From Rickettsiales bacterium (lineage in GTDB: Bacteria > Pseudomonadota > Alphaproteobacteria > Rickettsiales > UBA3002): a stretch of DNA of 33,370 nt. Below, one piece after another: positions 17,024 to 24,524 of the stretch (position 1 is the stretch's first letter; every line of letters begins with the position of its first letter). The translations under genes and the position numbers were made by a program. The stretch is taken from NCBI GenBank assembly GCA_002725445.1, contig PBPD01000059.1, forward strand, positions 1-33,370, written 5' to 3'. Under the pieces are notes generated by a model that was not told where the DNA came from, ran no database searches, and saw only the letters and a list, made by a program, of their open reading frames with translations.

Positions 17024-20000
17024 ATGACGATGATGAGCGGATCGCCTCGCGAACTTTTATCCAGTGATGCACGCGAAGTTGCACATTATCTGGTGCAGCA
17101 ATATGTAACGCAATTAGCAAATGCGCACCCGGAGATAGCTAATCACATTCGTGATTTGGAGGCGGTGACGCTGGATGCAAAAAATCCGAATGGCACCAGT
17201 AAAGAGGCGTTGCAGGCACAAAAAGATGCTACGTTCAAACATGTGCTTGACGATGTGAAATCCCTTCAAGACAAGCGCACATTGATTGATGCGTATGCAA
17301 AAATGGGGCACCTAAACGACCTTGGCGGGCTGATCGCGCGCGAGAATTATCTGCGTAATTACCGCGTGGATGGCCGCACAGCGGCACCAGGCGGTCCGGG
17401 AGGGCCTGAAGAATTCGTGCATAAGAGCCGCGAGTCACTGGATCAGCTGATTGAGCGTTTTAATAGCCCTGCCTTTGAAATCGTGATGACAGCGCACCCG
17501 ACCAGTGTGAACTCTCAGGAATTATCCGCGAGTTTACGTGAGGTAGGAAAAGCGGCAGATGCACTGCGTCGTCAGGAGCGCGACGGTAATTATGGTGACA
17601 CACGTGGTTTGCAACAAGCATTGGCGCATTTTGCTGACGTAACCCTTTTGCCGCATGACAGGGTGGAAGGGCCAGACGGGCAGGTGAGTATTAAAGAGCG
17701 GAATCTGGGGGTGGAAGATGAAACCCGCATGGTGCTCTATCATCTGGGTACAATTTATGAGGATTTGCCGCAAGTATACCGTCATTTTGATCAGGCGCTG
17801 GAGCGAAAAAACGCAGATTATAATCCGTTAGCCCTTAACCTTAAGATGCGTTTCTCATCATGGGGTTCATCGGGTGATAAGGACGGCAATGCCAAAGTGA
17901 ATGCAGATACTACCATGAGCGCTATTGCCTTGCACCGTATGGCATTGGCAGAGCATTATCTGCAAGATATCGAAGCGGTGAAAGTGCCCGCCGCTTATGC
18001 AAACCAATGGCAGCATTGGCAGGCGACCTTGCAGGAAGTGAAGCAGGGTTATAAAGCGCTGCATGATAAGCTGGCGTCCTCGCAGGGCATTGATGCCGCA
18101 CATTTCGAGGAATATCAAAAGCAACTGCAAGCGCTTGAAGGTGCATTTGATGCGGATGCGTTGAAAAACAACCTGGAAGAAATATACGAATCCGCGCGAA
18201 CGTCAGAGCCGGAATTTGCACAACACACACTTAATCTGCTGCGCCGGGTGCGCACATTCGGCAGTAGTTTTGCACGCATTGAGTATCGTGAAACGGCCGA
18301 GGAATATACGCGTATCATAGAATATCTCGTGCCGGGCTACAAAGAGATGGACGAATCCGGGCGTGTGCAAGCGTTGGGTGATATTCTGCAAACCCCGGGC
18401 AAGGCGAAAGAATTGTTGCAGGCGAAGTGGTCAGAGATCCGATCAGGCGGGCCGCAAAAACCCTATAGCAATGACAATGTGTTGCCGATTGCCTACCACA
18501 CGATTAGACGCATGGAGCTAGCGCGCGATTGCCCTAGCATGGTGACGGATAATGTGCTGGCTGAATGTGAAACCACCAGCAATCTGCTTGAGGCGGTGTT
18601 TTTGCAGCAGGCAGTCGAAGCCAATGGTAAGCGGGCGGAGTTGGGTGTAGTGCCATTGTTTGAGTCGCCTGAAGTAATGCCGCATGTGGGCGAGATTATG
18701 GGACGAGCGTACGATAACACGGCCTATCAACAACATTTGGCGCTGCTGCAACAAAAACAGGGTGCAGACAAACCCGTCCAGCAAGTGCAGCTGGCGCATA
18801 GCGATAACACTCGCCGCGCAGGCCTGCCTGCCGCCCGTGCGTTCATTCATCAGGCGCATGATTTGTTACGCACGGCAGGCAAGGAGCATGGCATTCAGAC
18901 GCAATTCTTCCAAGGCGGCAGTATGTCCGACCCATATCGCGGTGGTGTGCGCGCACCTACGGCATTGGTGAACCAGTTCCACGTGTATGACTTCCTGAAA
19001 TTCACCTTTCAGGGCGGGGATAACCTCAATTATTTCAACTATCCAGGCTCAACCGAGCGCTTGTTTGCGCGTAGCATGACGCATATGGCCAAGCATTATG
19101 ATGACGAAGTGCAAATGCTGGCAGGGGAGACGTGGGATTCTATTAATGCGGCGGTTACCAAGGCCTTGCAGTCTACATGCGATGATTACCAGCAGGAGGT
19201 GTTCCAGAAAGAAAAGCTGGGTACCATCATGGGCGTCCTGCAAGATGCGCAGCGTGGTGCGGGCACGGTTGGCTCACGTGCAAAGGCGCGTAGTGGTCCG
19301 GCATTTGGCAAAGTTGATTCGGTGTCGGTGGGTAAGGTGCAGGCCGTTGATGTACGCAATGTACGCACTATCACCTTTAGTGAGATTTTACAGCATGGCG
19401 GTATTGTGCCGACATGGTTGGGCGCTTACACGCTGGAAGACGAGCTGAACAAAGCCTTAAATGATATACCTGAAGGCCAAAAATTATTGGCACCTGCGGA
19501 AGGTGGGGATAAAGGCGTGTTGTCAGCCCCCGCTTTCCAGAAACTTTATAAGGAGTCACCCGTATTCCGTGATGTGATGGATCGCGTTATGTATGGTGTG
19601 GTAACGAGTGATTTGGACGGACTGGCCGCACGGCACGAGCAAGTGCGTAACGATGCATTCTTTCAGCAACGCCTGATGCCCGAATATAAACAGGCGGCGC
19701 GCATGGCATATGCTGCGCTGACAGGCCGTTTCCCAGCGCCAGAGCAGATGCAGGAAGCCAGCAGTTTGCGCGATGCTGTGTTGGATGAAATGCCGCACTC
19801 AAAGGCTGTGTTAACCAATAAGCTCGCCTATGCCGAATTTGCGCAGGCGGCGAGGGATGATTGGAACAAACAGCTGAAAGAGAATCCGCCGCAGGATGAG
19901 CAACAAAGTAGCCTGGTCAATAGTATCTTCCAGCGCATTCATGCCGCGCTTGATATTGTGACCCATGGACGCAACCCTACCATTGATGACATACGTTACG

Positions 20001-20032
20001 GGCAGGCGCTGACTGGTGGCAAGCAGCGGTAA
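17024..20032 (+). CDS. Highly divergent phosphoenolpyruvate carboxylase (PEPC) family homologue with degenerate signature motifs
   Basis: 1002 aa with SD AAGGA upstream. It is colinear with PEPC: VMTAHPTS (canonical VLTAHPTE), SSWGSSGDKDGNAKVNADTT (SWMGGDRDGNPNVTA), RIEYRETA (RIDIRQES), VVPLFES (PLFET), QLAHSDNTRRAG (IGYSDSAKDAG), FFQGGSMSDPYRGGVRAP (FHGRGGSIGRGGAP), GSRAKAR (GSRPAKR), RTITFSEILQHGG (RAIPWIFAWTQNR). There is no C-terminal NTG. Confidence 0.75.
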   Translation: MTMMSGSPRELLSSDAREVAHYLVQQYVTQLANAHPEIANHIRDLEAVTLDAKNPNGTSKEALQAQKDATFKHVLDDVKSLQDKRTLIDAYAKMGHLNDLGGLIARENYLRNYRVDGRTAAPGGPGGPEEFVHKSRESLDQLIERFNSPAFEIVMTAHPTSVNSQELSASLREVGKAADALRRQERDGNYGDTRGLQQALAHFADVTLLPHDRVEGPDGQVSIKERNLGVEDETRMVLYHLGTIYEDLPQVYRHFDQALERKNADYNPLALNLKMRFSSWGSSGDKDGNAKVNADTTMSAIALHRMALAEHYLQDIEAVKVPAAYANQWQHWQATLQEVKQGYKALHDKLASSQGIDAAHFEEYQKQLQALEGAFDADALKNNLEEIYESARTSEPEFAQHTLNLLRRVRTFGSSFARIEYRETAEEYTRIIEYLVPGYKEMDESGRVQALGDILQTPGKAKELLQAKWSEIRSGGPQKPYSNDNVLPIAYHTIRRMELARDCPSMVTDNVLAECETTSNLLEAVFLQQAVEANGKRAELGVVPLFESPEVMPHVGEIMGRAYDNTAYQQHLALLQQKQGADKPVQQVQLAHSDNTRRAGLPAARAFIHQAHDLLRTAGKEHGIQTQFFQGGSMSDPYRGGVRAPTALVNQFHVYDFLKFTFQGGDNLNYFNYPGSTERLFARSMTHMAKHYDDEVQMLAGETWDSINAAVTKALQSTCDDYQQEVFQKEKLGTIMGVLQDAQRGAGTVGSRAKARSGPAFGKVDSVSVGKVQAVDVRNVRTITFSEILQHGGIVPTWLGAYTLEDELNKALNDIPEGQKLLAPAEGGDKGVLSAPAFQKLYKESPVFRDVMDRVMYGVVTSDLDGLAARHEQVRNDAFFQQRLMPEYKQAARMAYAALTGRFPAPEQMQEASSLRDAVLDEMPHSKAVLTNKLAYAEFAQAARDDWNKQLKENPPQDEQQSSLVNSIFQRIHAALDIVTHGRNPTIDDIRYGQALTGGKQR

Positions 20033-20038
20033 TACAGG

Positions 20039-21685
20039 CTATTTTCGTGTGGTATGCAGGCTTAGGAGTTCTTCCAGCATATCCCGGTCAATTGGTTTGG
20101 TGATGAAGTCATTCATGCCAGAGGTAAAGGAGCGCTCTTTTTCTTTCTGTGTAGCATAGGCCGTCATTGCAATAATGGGGGTTTGCTTCAGATTGTTTTC
20201 TTTTTCCCAAGCGCGGAATTGTTCCGTTATCCGGTAGCCTTCCATATCGGGTAAGCGAAGATCCATAAGGATCGCGTTGTAACGTTGGCCTTTCAATAGA
20301 TCCAGCGCTTCTTTACCTGTTTTGGCGATGTCGTAGCTATAGCCAAAGTCGTCCAGCAATAAGCTCGCCACCAGAATATTCGCATCGGTATCTTCAACGA
20401 GAAGAACATGGTTGTCGGTGGTTTTTTGGGCGGACATTTTTTGCGCGGCATCATCTTGCGTCGTCGTATCATCGCTCGCAGCCTGTTTCAAAGGTAGCTG
20501 AATAGTAAAGCACGTGCCTTCTCCTACGGTGCTTACCACATCTATGTGGCCAGCCATCTGCTCTATCAGCTCTTTGCTGATAGCCAGCCCAAGCCCTGTG
20601 CCGCCGTATTGGCGGTTGATCGAGTTATCGGCTTGCGTGAATTTTTTGAATAAATCTTCCAGTTTAGCGTTATCGATACCTACGCCCGTATCTTGAATCG
20701 CGATGGATATATTATAAACGTCGTCCCTTTTTTGTTCGCCATCAACAGACACAGAGATCCGTCCCTCGTCGGTGAATTTTATGGCGTTGTTAATGAGGTT
20801 TAGTAACACTTGGCGGATGCGGGTTGGGTCGCCGACGTAAGTATTGGGCAGAGATGTTTTATGGTATAATTCAATGCCTAGCTTTTTCTCCTCCGCTTTG
20901 ATGCGCATGATCCCAATGGATTCGTCTATAATATTCATTAAATCAAATCTGATATGCTCCAGCTCCATTGATTGAGCTTCGATTTTTGAGAAGTCGAGTA
21001 CATCATTAAGCAGGCTCATAAGGGCTTTTGCGCTATCGCTTAGAGTTTCCGCATATTGGCGTTCTTTTTCGCCGGGCAAGTTACTTTGCGCTAAGCGTTC
21101 TGACAGTAAAACTACTGCATTCATAGGTGTACGAATTTCATGGCTGATATTAGCCAGAAACTCACTCTTGGCATCGCTGGCTGCTTCTGCTCTGCGGCGT
21201 GCGGAGGCCAGCTCTTTATTCGCATCAGCCAGTTCTTTCGTTCGTTGCTTTACACGGCTTTCTACTAAAGTGTATGCATCCTGTAGATCCGCATTCATTT
21301 GCTGCAATTGCTTGGGGCTTGGTAGTTTAATGGCAGATGGCAAAATGCGCCATATGACCAAAGCGGTCAGGGCGGATATGCCGCCGGTTGCCAGTTTAAT
21401 CAGCCCTTCAATGCCATAATACGGATACCATAGCACCATTATGCCAAACAAATGTGTTAAGCCGCATAGGGTAATAAATGACGCAAACATAAGAAATAGT
21501 GGACGAAAGGGCATGTCTGGCCGTTTTTTGGCAAATACCCATAAGGCAAGCGGTATGCTGAAATAAGCAGTAGCGATTAGCAAATCCGCCACGACGTGAA
21601 GCCATACAATTTCAGGCAACCACAGGAAGCAGTAGCCATGAGGCATCATAAAGTTACTACTGAAAAACTGCTCGAAACGTTCCAT
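20039..21685 (-). CDS. Hybrid sensor histidine kinase/response regulator with N-terminal ethylene-binding-domain-like (ETR1-type) membrane sensor
   Basis: N-terminus VADLLIATAYFSIPLALWVFAKKRPDMPFRPLFLMFASFITLCGLTHLF versus Arabidopsis ETR1 [49 protein letters not shown]. The Cys and His of the Cu(I) site are conserved (C74, H78). A coiled coil follows, then H-box ISHEIRTPMNAV, the HATPase G-boxes, and a C-terminal REC domain (VLLVEDTDANI...ILMDLRLPDMEG). Confidence 0.85.
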   Translation of the reverse strand: MERFEQFFSSNFMMPHGYCFLWLPEIVWLHVVADLLIATAYFSIPLALWVFAKKRPDMPFRPLFLMFASFITLCGLTHLFGIMVLWYPYYGIEGLIKLATGGISALTALVIWRILPSAIKLPSPKQLQQMNADLQDAYTLVESRVKQRTKELADANKELASARRRAEAASDAKSEFLANISHEIRTPMNAVVLLSERLAQSNLPGEKERQYAETLSDSAKALMSLLNDVLDFSKIEAQSMELEHIRFDLMNIIDESIGIMRIKAEEKKLGIELYHKTSLPNTYVGDPTRIRQVLLNLINNAIKFTDEGRISVSVDGEQKRDDVYNISIAIQDTGVGIDNAKLEDLFKKFTQADNSINRQYGGTGLGLAISKELIEQMAGHIDVVSTVGEGTCFTIQLPLKQAASDDTTTQDDAAQKMSAQKTTDNHVLLVEDTDANILVASLLLDDFGYSYDIAKTGKEALDLLKGQRYNAILMDLRLPDMEGYRITEQFRAWEKENNLKQTPIIAMTAYATQKEKERSFTSGMNDFITKPIDRDMLEELLSLHTTRK

Positions 21686-21823
21686 AGCGCCAACTAATTG
21701 TTTTTTTGCACACTAACAGTACAAAAAATCTTATCAAGAACACATTAGGAAACGTCCCTAAACCCTACAGCAGAGAGCTGGGGGCATGGTGTGAGGGCAT
21801 CTTTTGCTACGGAAATGCTAAGC

Positions 21824-21839
21824 TGTGTTGCGCTGCACA
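21824..21839. promoter_or_regulatory. 16-bp imperfect palindrome TGTGTTGCGCTGCACA (TGTG-N8-CACA, CRP/FNR-family-like geometry), copy 1
   Basis: Read directly. It lies 68 nt upstream of the 21907 ATG, in the divergent intergenic region. It differs at one position from the copy at 23830-23845. Confidence 0.3.
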
Positions 21840-21850
21840 ATGGTTTTTCT

Positions 21851-21879
21851 TTGTTTTTTAGTGAGATGGCGGGTATAAA
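21851..21879 (+). promoter_or_regulatory. Candidate sigma-70 promoter for the 21907 gene (TTGTTT-17 nt-TATAAA)
   Basis: TTGTTT at 21851-21856, a 17-nt spacer, and TATAAA at 21874-21879, about 28 nt upstream of the ATG. Confidence 0.35.
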
Positions 21880-21906
21880 AATAGTTAAGAAAAATTAACG
21901 GTTGGC

Positions 21907-23823
21907 ATGGCAGAACAGCGTAAGACGGCATTTGCGAAAACGGATAGCACCAGTGTGGGTAAGACCCTGGATGCGGGTCGTCTTGAGTCGTTTCAACGTA
22001 CCGTTTTTCACAATAATGCCGATCTGTTGCGTGCAACCACGCCTGCTGCGCTACATCCTTATTTAGAACCGTGGCTGCAAGCGGGACAGACATGGCTTGA
22101 TTTCTGGTTTGGTGGTAGCAGTAACACGCCAACACCGAAAACAGAACATTCGGCAGGGACTGAGAATTATAAGTTTGTTAAGCGTGCAACGATGGCGTGG
22201 ATGCTGCAAACGCCGCCTCAATACCGTCCTTATATCCGTTATTTTCTAATCGATAATCCTGCTACATCGCAAATGCTGAACACCGGCAACATGGCAACAA
22301 TAATGGACGCGGTGGGAGATTGGTATGGCGGCAAGGATGCGCTGCAAGCACGTAATGGGCAATTTGTTACGCATAATAAAGACGGATCACTCAACGAAAC
22401 ATTACCCTCGCAAGTGACCCAACTGTTCGACCCCAAAACACCTCAGAAATGGCCTAATTTGGTGCTTACCTGCACTCACGCACTGGCAGGTGAAGACGCG
22501 GATCTCTCGCAGATTATGAAGGGCATGCATGCGCTCACGCGCCATTTATACGGCAAGCCCTTATCGCTAGCGCGACATGTGCAGCCAGGCAAAGATTATG
22601 CTGGCAAGGCGATCATGTTGGCGGCAAGCCATACGGAAGATAATGCATGGAAAAATGGCGCGGCCATGATTCGCCGTTATAACACATTGAAAGAGCGTGA
22701 TCCGGACGTGCCGTCCGCACAAGACTGGCAGGATATAGCGCCACATGCTCAGCGATTGGCTCTGTTGATGTTGAGCGCCCTTGTGACCGAACCGGAGCGG
22801 GTGGATGTCAGCCAGCCCGATGCTACGATTGCCGCTTTGCAACGGGCAGACGCCCCGCTTACATTGCGGCTAGATGCCGCGCGGGTAGCGCAACATTTCA
22901 CGCTTATGGGCTATAGTAAGGGCGGTAATGTGGTGACAGATGCGGTGCGCTATCTGGTGCATTGCTTGCAGAGCGAGCAGGATGCAGGCCTTGGGCTTGT
23001 GCGCGTGGATGGGCAGGCCGCAGGCGCGGCCGCACCGTCGCAAGCGGTTATCAGTAATATCGTAAAGAATGTGGGTTTGCTGTCGATTGCCGCTGGCGAG
23101 GTGCCGCTGAGCGAACGTGAGAAGGCGTTTGGTATGCGCCGCACAACCATCATTAACGACAAAGACATAATCGCAGGGCATTTCAGAGCAGGGCAGGAAG
23201 ACGCATTTGGCCAGCATGACGATTTTTATCTGGTGAAGGGCACAGGCCGCCGCGGTGGGCATGACCCTGATCACGCCCTGGGCGTGGATGATAAAATCGG
23301 CTATATCGTTGGTAATGATACGTTCCCCAGCGACCCGCGCGTGATCGACAGGCTGAAAGTGCTGTTCGCGCCGATGTACAAGCGTACTGCTATCGCCGAT
23401 GTGGCGTTTATGCCTGCTGAGGATGACAAACCCGCACATTTGCTTTTGGAGCGAGGGCCGGGCATTGCCGATGCCGCATTTGCCAAGCGCATACCAGAGA
23501 TAGAACGGGCGTTGCAAAAAGCAGGCGTTGCCGGTGCGCGGCTGGAGTGTAGAGGTGGCGAGAGCGGGGTGTGTGAAATAAAGGCCGATATTGATGTGCT
23601 GGAAGACCCTGTAGCCATTAATGCGCTCAAGCGAGGCTTCGAGCAATTAAAGGCTCAAGCCAAAGGGCTGTTTATATCTGAGCAGGTTTTTGCCGAAATT
23701 GACCGTCACTGCGACCGACTGATGCCTGGCAATAAGGTGCATGAGGTGGATGCAGGCACGCGCCATGTGCTGCGTGCAGGGCGTGCGCATGGTGAAGGGG
23801 CAGGGCTTGGTAGCGGCAGCTAA
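21907..23823 (+). CDS. Large hypothetical protein with alpha/beta-hydrolase-like serine nucleophile elbow (GYSKGG)
   Basis: 638 aa. FTLMGYSKGGNVVTDAV (S337, nt 22915-22917) fits GxSxG after a beta-strand. Candidate acid and His residues lie downstream (IINDKDIIAGH, GGHDPDHALG). I do not recognise the roughly 330-aa N-terminal region or the C-terminal 150 aa. Confidence 0.6.
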   Translation: MAEQRKTAFAKTDSTSVGKTLDAGRLESFQRTVFHNNADLLRATTPAALHPYLEPWLQAGQTWLDFWFGGSSNTPTPKTEHSAGTENYKFVKRATMAWMLQTPPQYRPYIRYFLIDNPATSQMLNTGNMATIMDAVGDWYGGKDALQARNGQFVTHNKDGSLNETLPSQVTQLFDPKTPQKWPNLVLTCTHALAGEDADLSQIMKGMHALTRHLYGKPLSLARHVQPGKDYAGKAIMLAASHTEDNAWKNGAAMIRRYNTLKERDPDVPSAQDWQDIAPHAQRLALLMLSALVTEPERVDVSQPDATIAALQRADAPLTLRLDAARVAQHFTLMGYSKGGNVVTDAVRYLVHCLQSEQDAGLGLVRVDGQAAGAAAPSQAVISNIVKNVGLLSIAAGEVPLSEREKAFGMRRTTIINDKDIIAGHFRAGQEDAFGQHDDFYLVKGTGRRGGHDPDHALGVDDKIGYIVGNDTFPSDPRVIDRLKVLFAPMYKRTAIADVAFMPAEDDKPAHLLLERGPGIADAAFAKRIPEIERALQKAGVAGARLECRGGESGVCEIKADIDVLEDPVAINALKRGFEQLKAQAKGLFISEQVFAEIDRHCDRLMPGNKVHEVDAGTRHVLRAGRAHGEGAGLGSGS

Positions 23824-23829
23824 AGCGCT

Positions 23830-23845
23830 TGTGCTGCGCTGCACA
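23830..23845. promoter_or_regulatory. 16-bp imperfect palindrome TGTGCTGCGCTGCACA, copy 2
   Basis: Read directly. It lies 7 nt after the stop of the 21907-23823 gene and about 60 nt upstream of the RNase D-like gene. It could be an operator or a weak 5-bp-stem hairpin. No U-tract follows. Confidence 0.3.
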
Positions 23846-23907
23846 GTATGGCATACCCTTAAACAGTAGGAATTGGCTGATAAAGGAGATGCGCCATTAC
23901 TAATTAT

Positions 23908-24507
23908 TTGCATAAAGGCGACTTGCCCACCGATGTTCAATTCAAAGGCGATATTGCCGTAGATTCTGAGGCAATGGGCCTGAATAATTTTCGTGATCGC
24001 CTGTGTGTGGTGCAGCTGTCAGATGGCAAGGGCGATGCGCATTTGGTGCAGTTTGAAAAAGGTGTCTATAACGCGCCTAATCTGTGCAAACTGCTGACCG
24101 ACGAGTCGCGGGTAAAAATTTTCCATTTTGCGCGCTTTGATGTCGCCATCATGAAGCATTATCTGGATGTGCTGACCGCGCCTATCTACTGCACAAAGAT
24201 TGCATCCAAACTGGTGCGTACCTTCACCGACCGTCATGGGTTCCGCGATTTGTGTCGCGAATTGATCAATGTTGATGTCTCCAAGCTTCAGCAATCGTCT
24301 GACTGGGGGGCAGATACGCTAACGCCTGAGCAAATCGACTATGCGGCTTCGGATGTGCTGTACTTGCACGATTTGCGCGAACGTCTGAATGTCATGCTGG
24401 AGCGTGAGGGGCGCGTGGAGTTGGCTGAGGAATGTTTCCGGTTCTTGCCAGCGCGTGCCGAGCTGGATCTGGCCGGTTGGCTTGATGTTGACATCTTTGC
24501 GCATTAA
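23908..24507 (+). CDS. Short RNase D-like 3'-5' exonuclease (DEDD family)
   Basis: HKGDLPTDV...IAVDSEAMGLNNFRDRLCVVQLSDGKGDAHLVQF...KIFHFARFDVAIM...YAASDVLYLHDL carries the ExoI-III DEDDy motifs. The start is uncertain: TTG 23908, or in-frame ATT 23896, which sits 7 nt from AAGGAG. Confidence 0.8.
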   Translation: MHKGDLPTDVQFKGDIAVDSEAMGLNNFRDRLCVVQLSDGKGDAHLVQFEKGVYNAPNLCKLLTDESRVKIFHFARFDVAIMKHYLDVLTAPIYCTKIASKLVRTFTDRHGFRDLCRELINVDVSKLQQSSDWGADTLTPEQIDYAASDVLYLHDLRERLNVMLEREGRVELAEECFRFLPARAELDLAGWLDVDIFAH

Positions 24508-24524
24508 ATACAGCGCACCATTTT

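Noticed and set aside
21818-22135. 105-aa minus-strand ORF spanning the divergent promoter region and the 5' end of the 21907 gene.
   Set aside because: It overlaps the start of a much longer, better-supported plus-strand CDS. It has no SD or motifs and would place a gene across the shared promoter region. I judged it spurious.
12078-23907. Classical tRNA-integrated genomic island or prophage.
   Set aside because: I found no integrase, excisionase, transposase or phage structural gene. I found no direct repeat of the tRNA-Leu 3' end within the window, and no obvious GC or codon shift by eye. I kept it as a lineage-specific accessory block (see findings), not as a mobile element.
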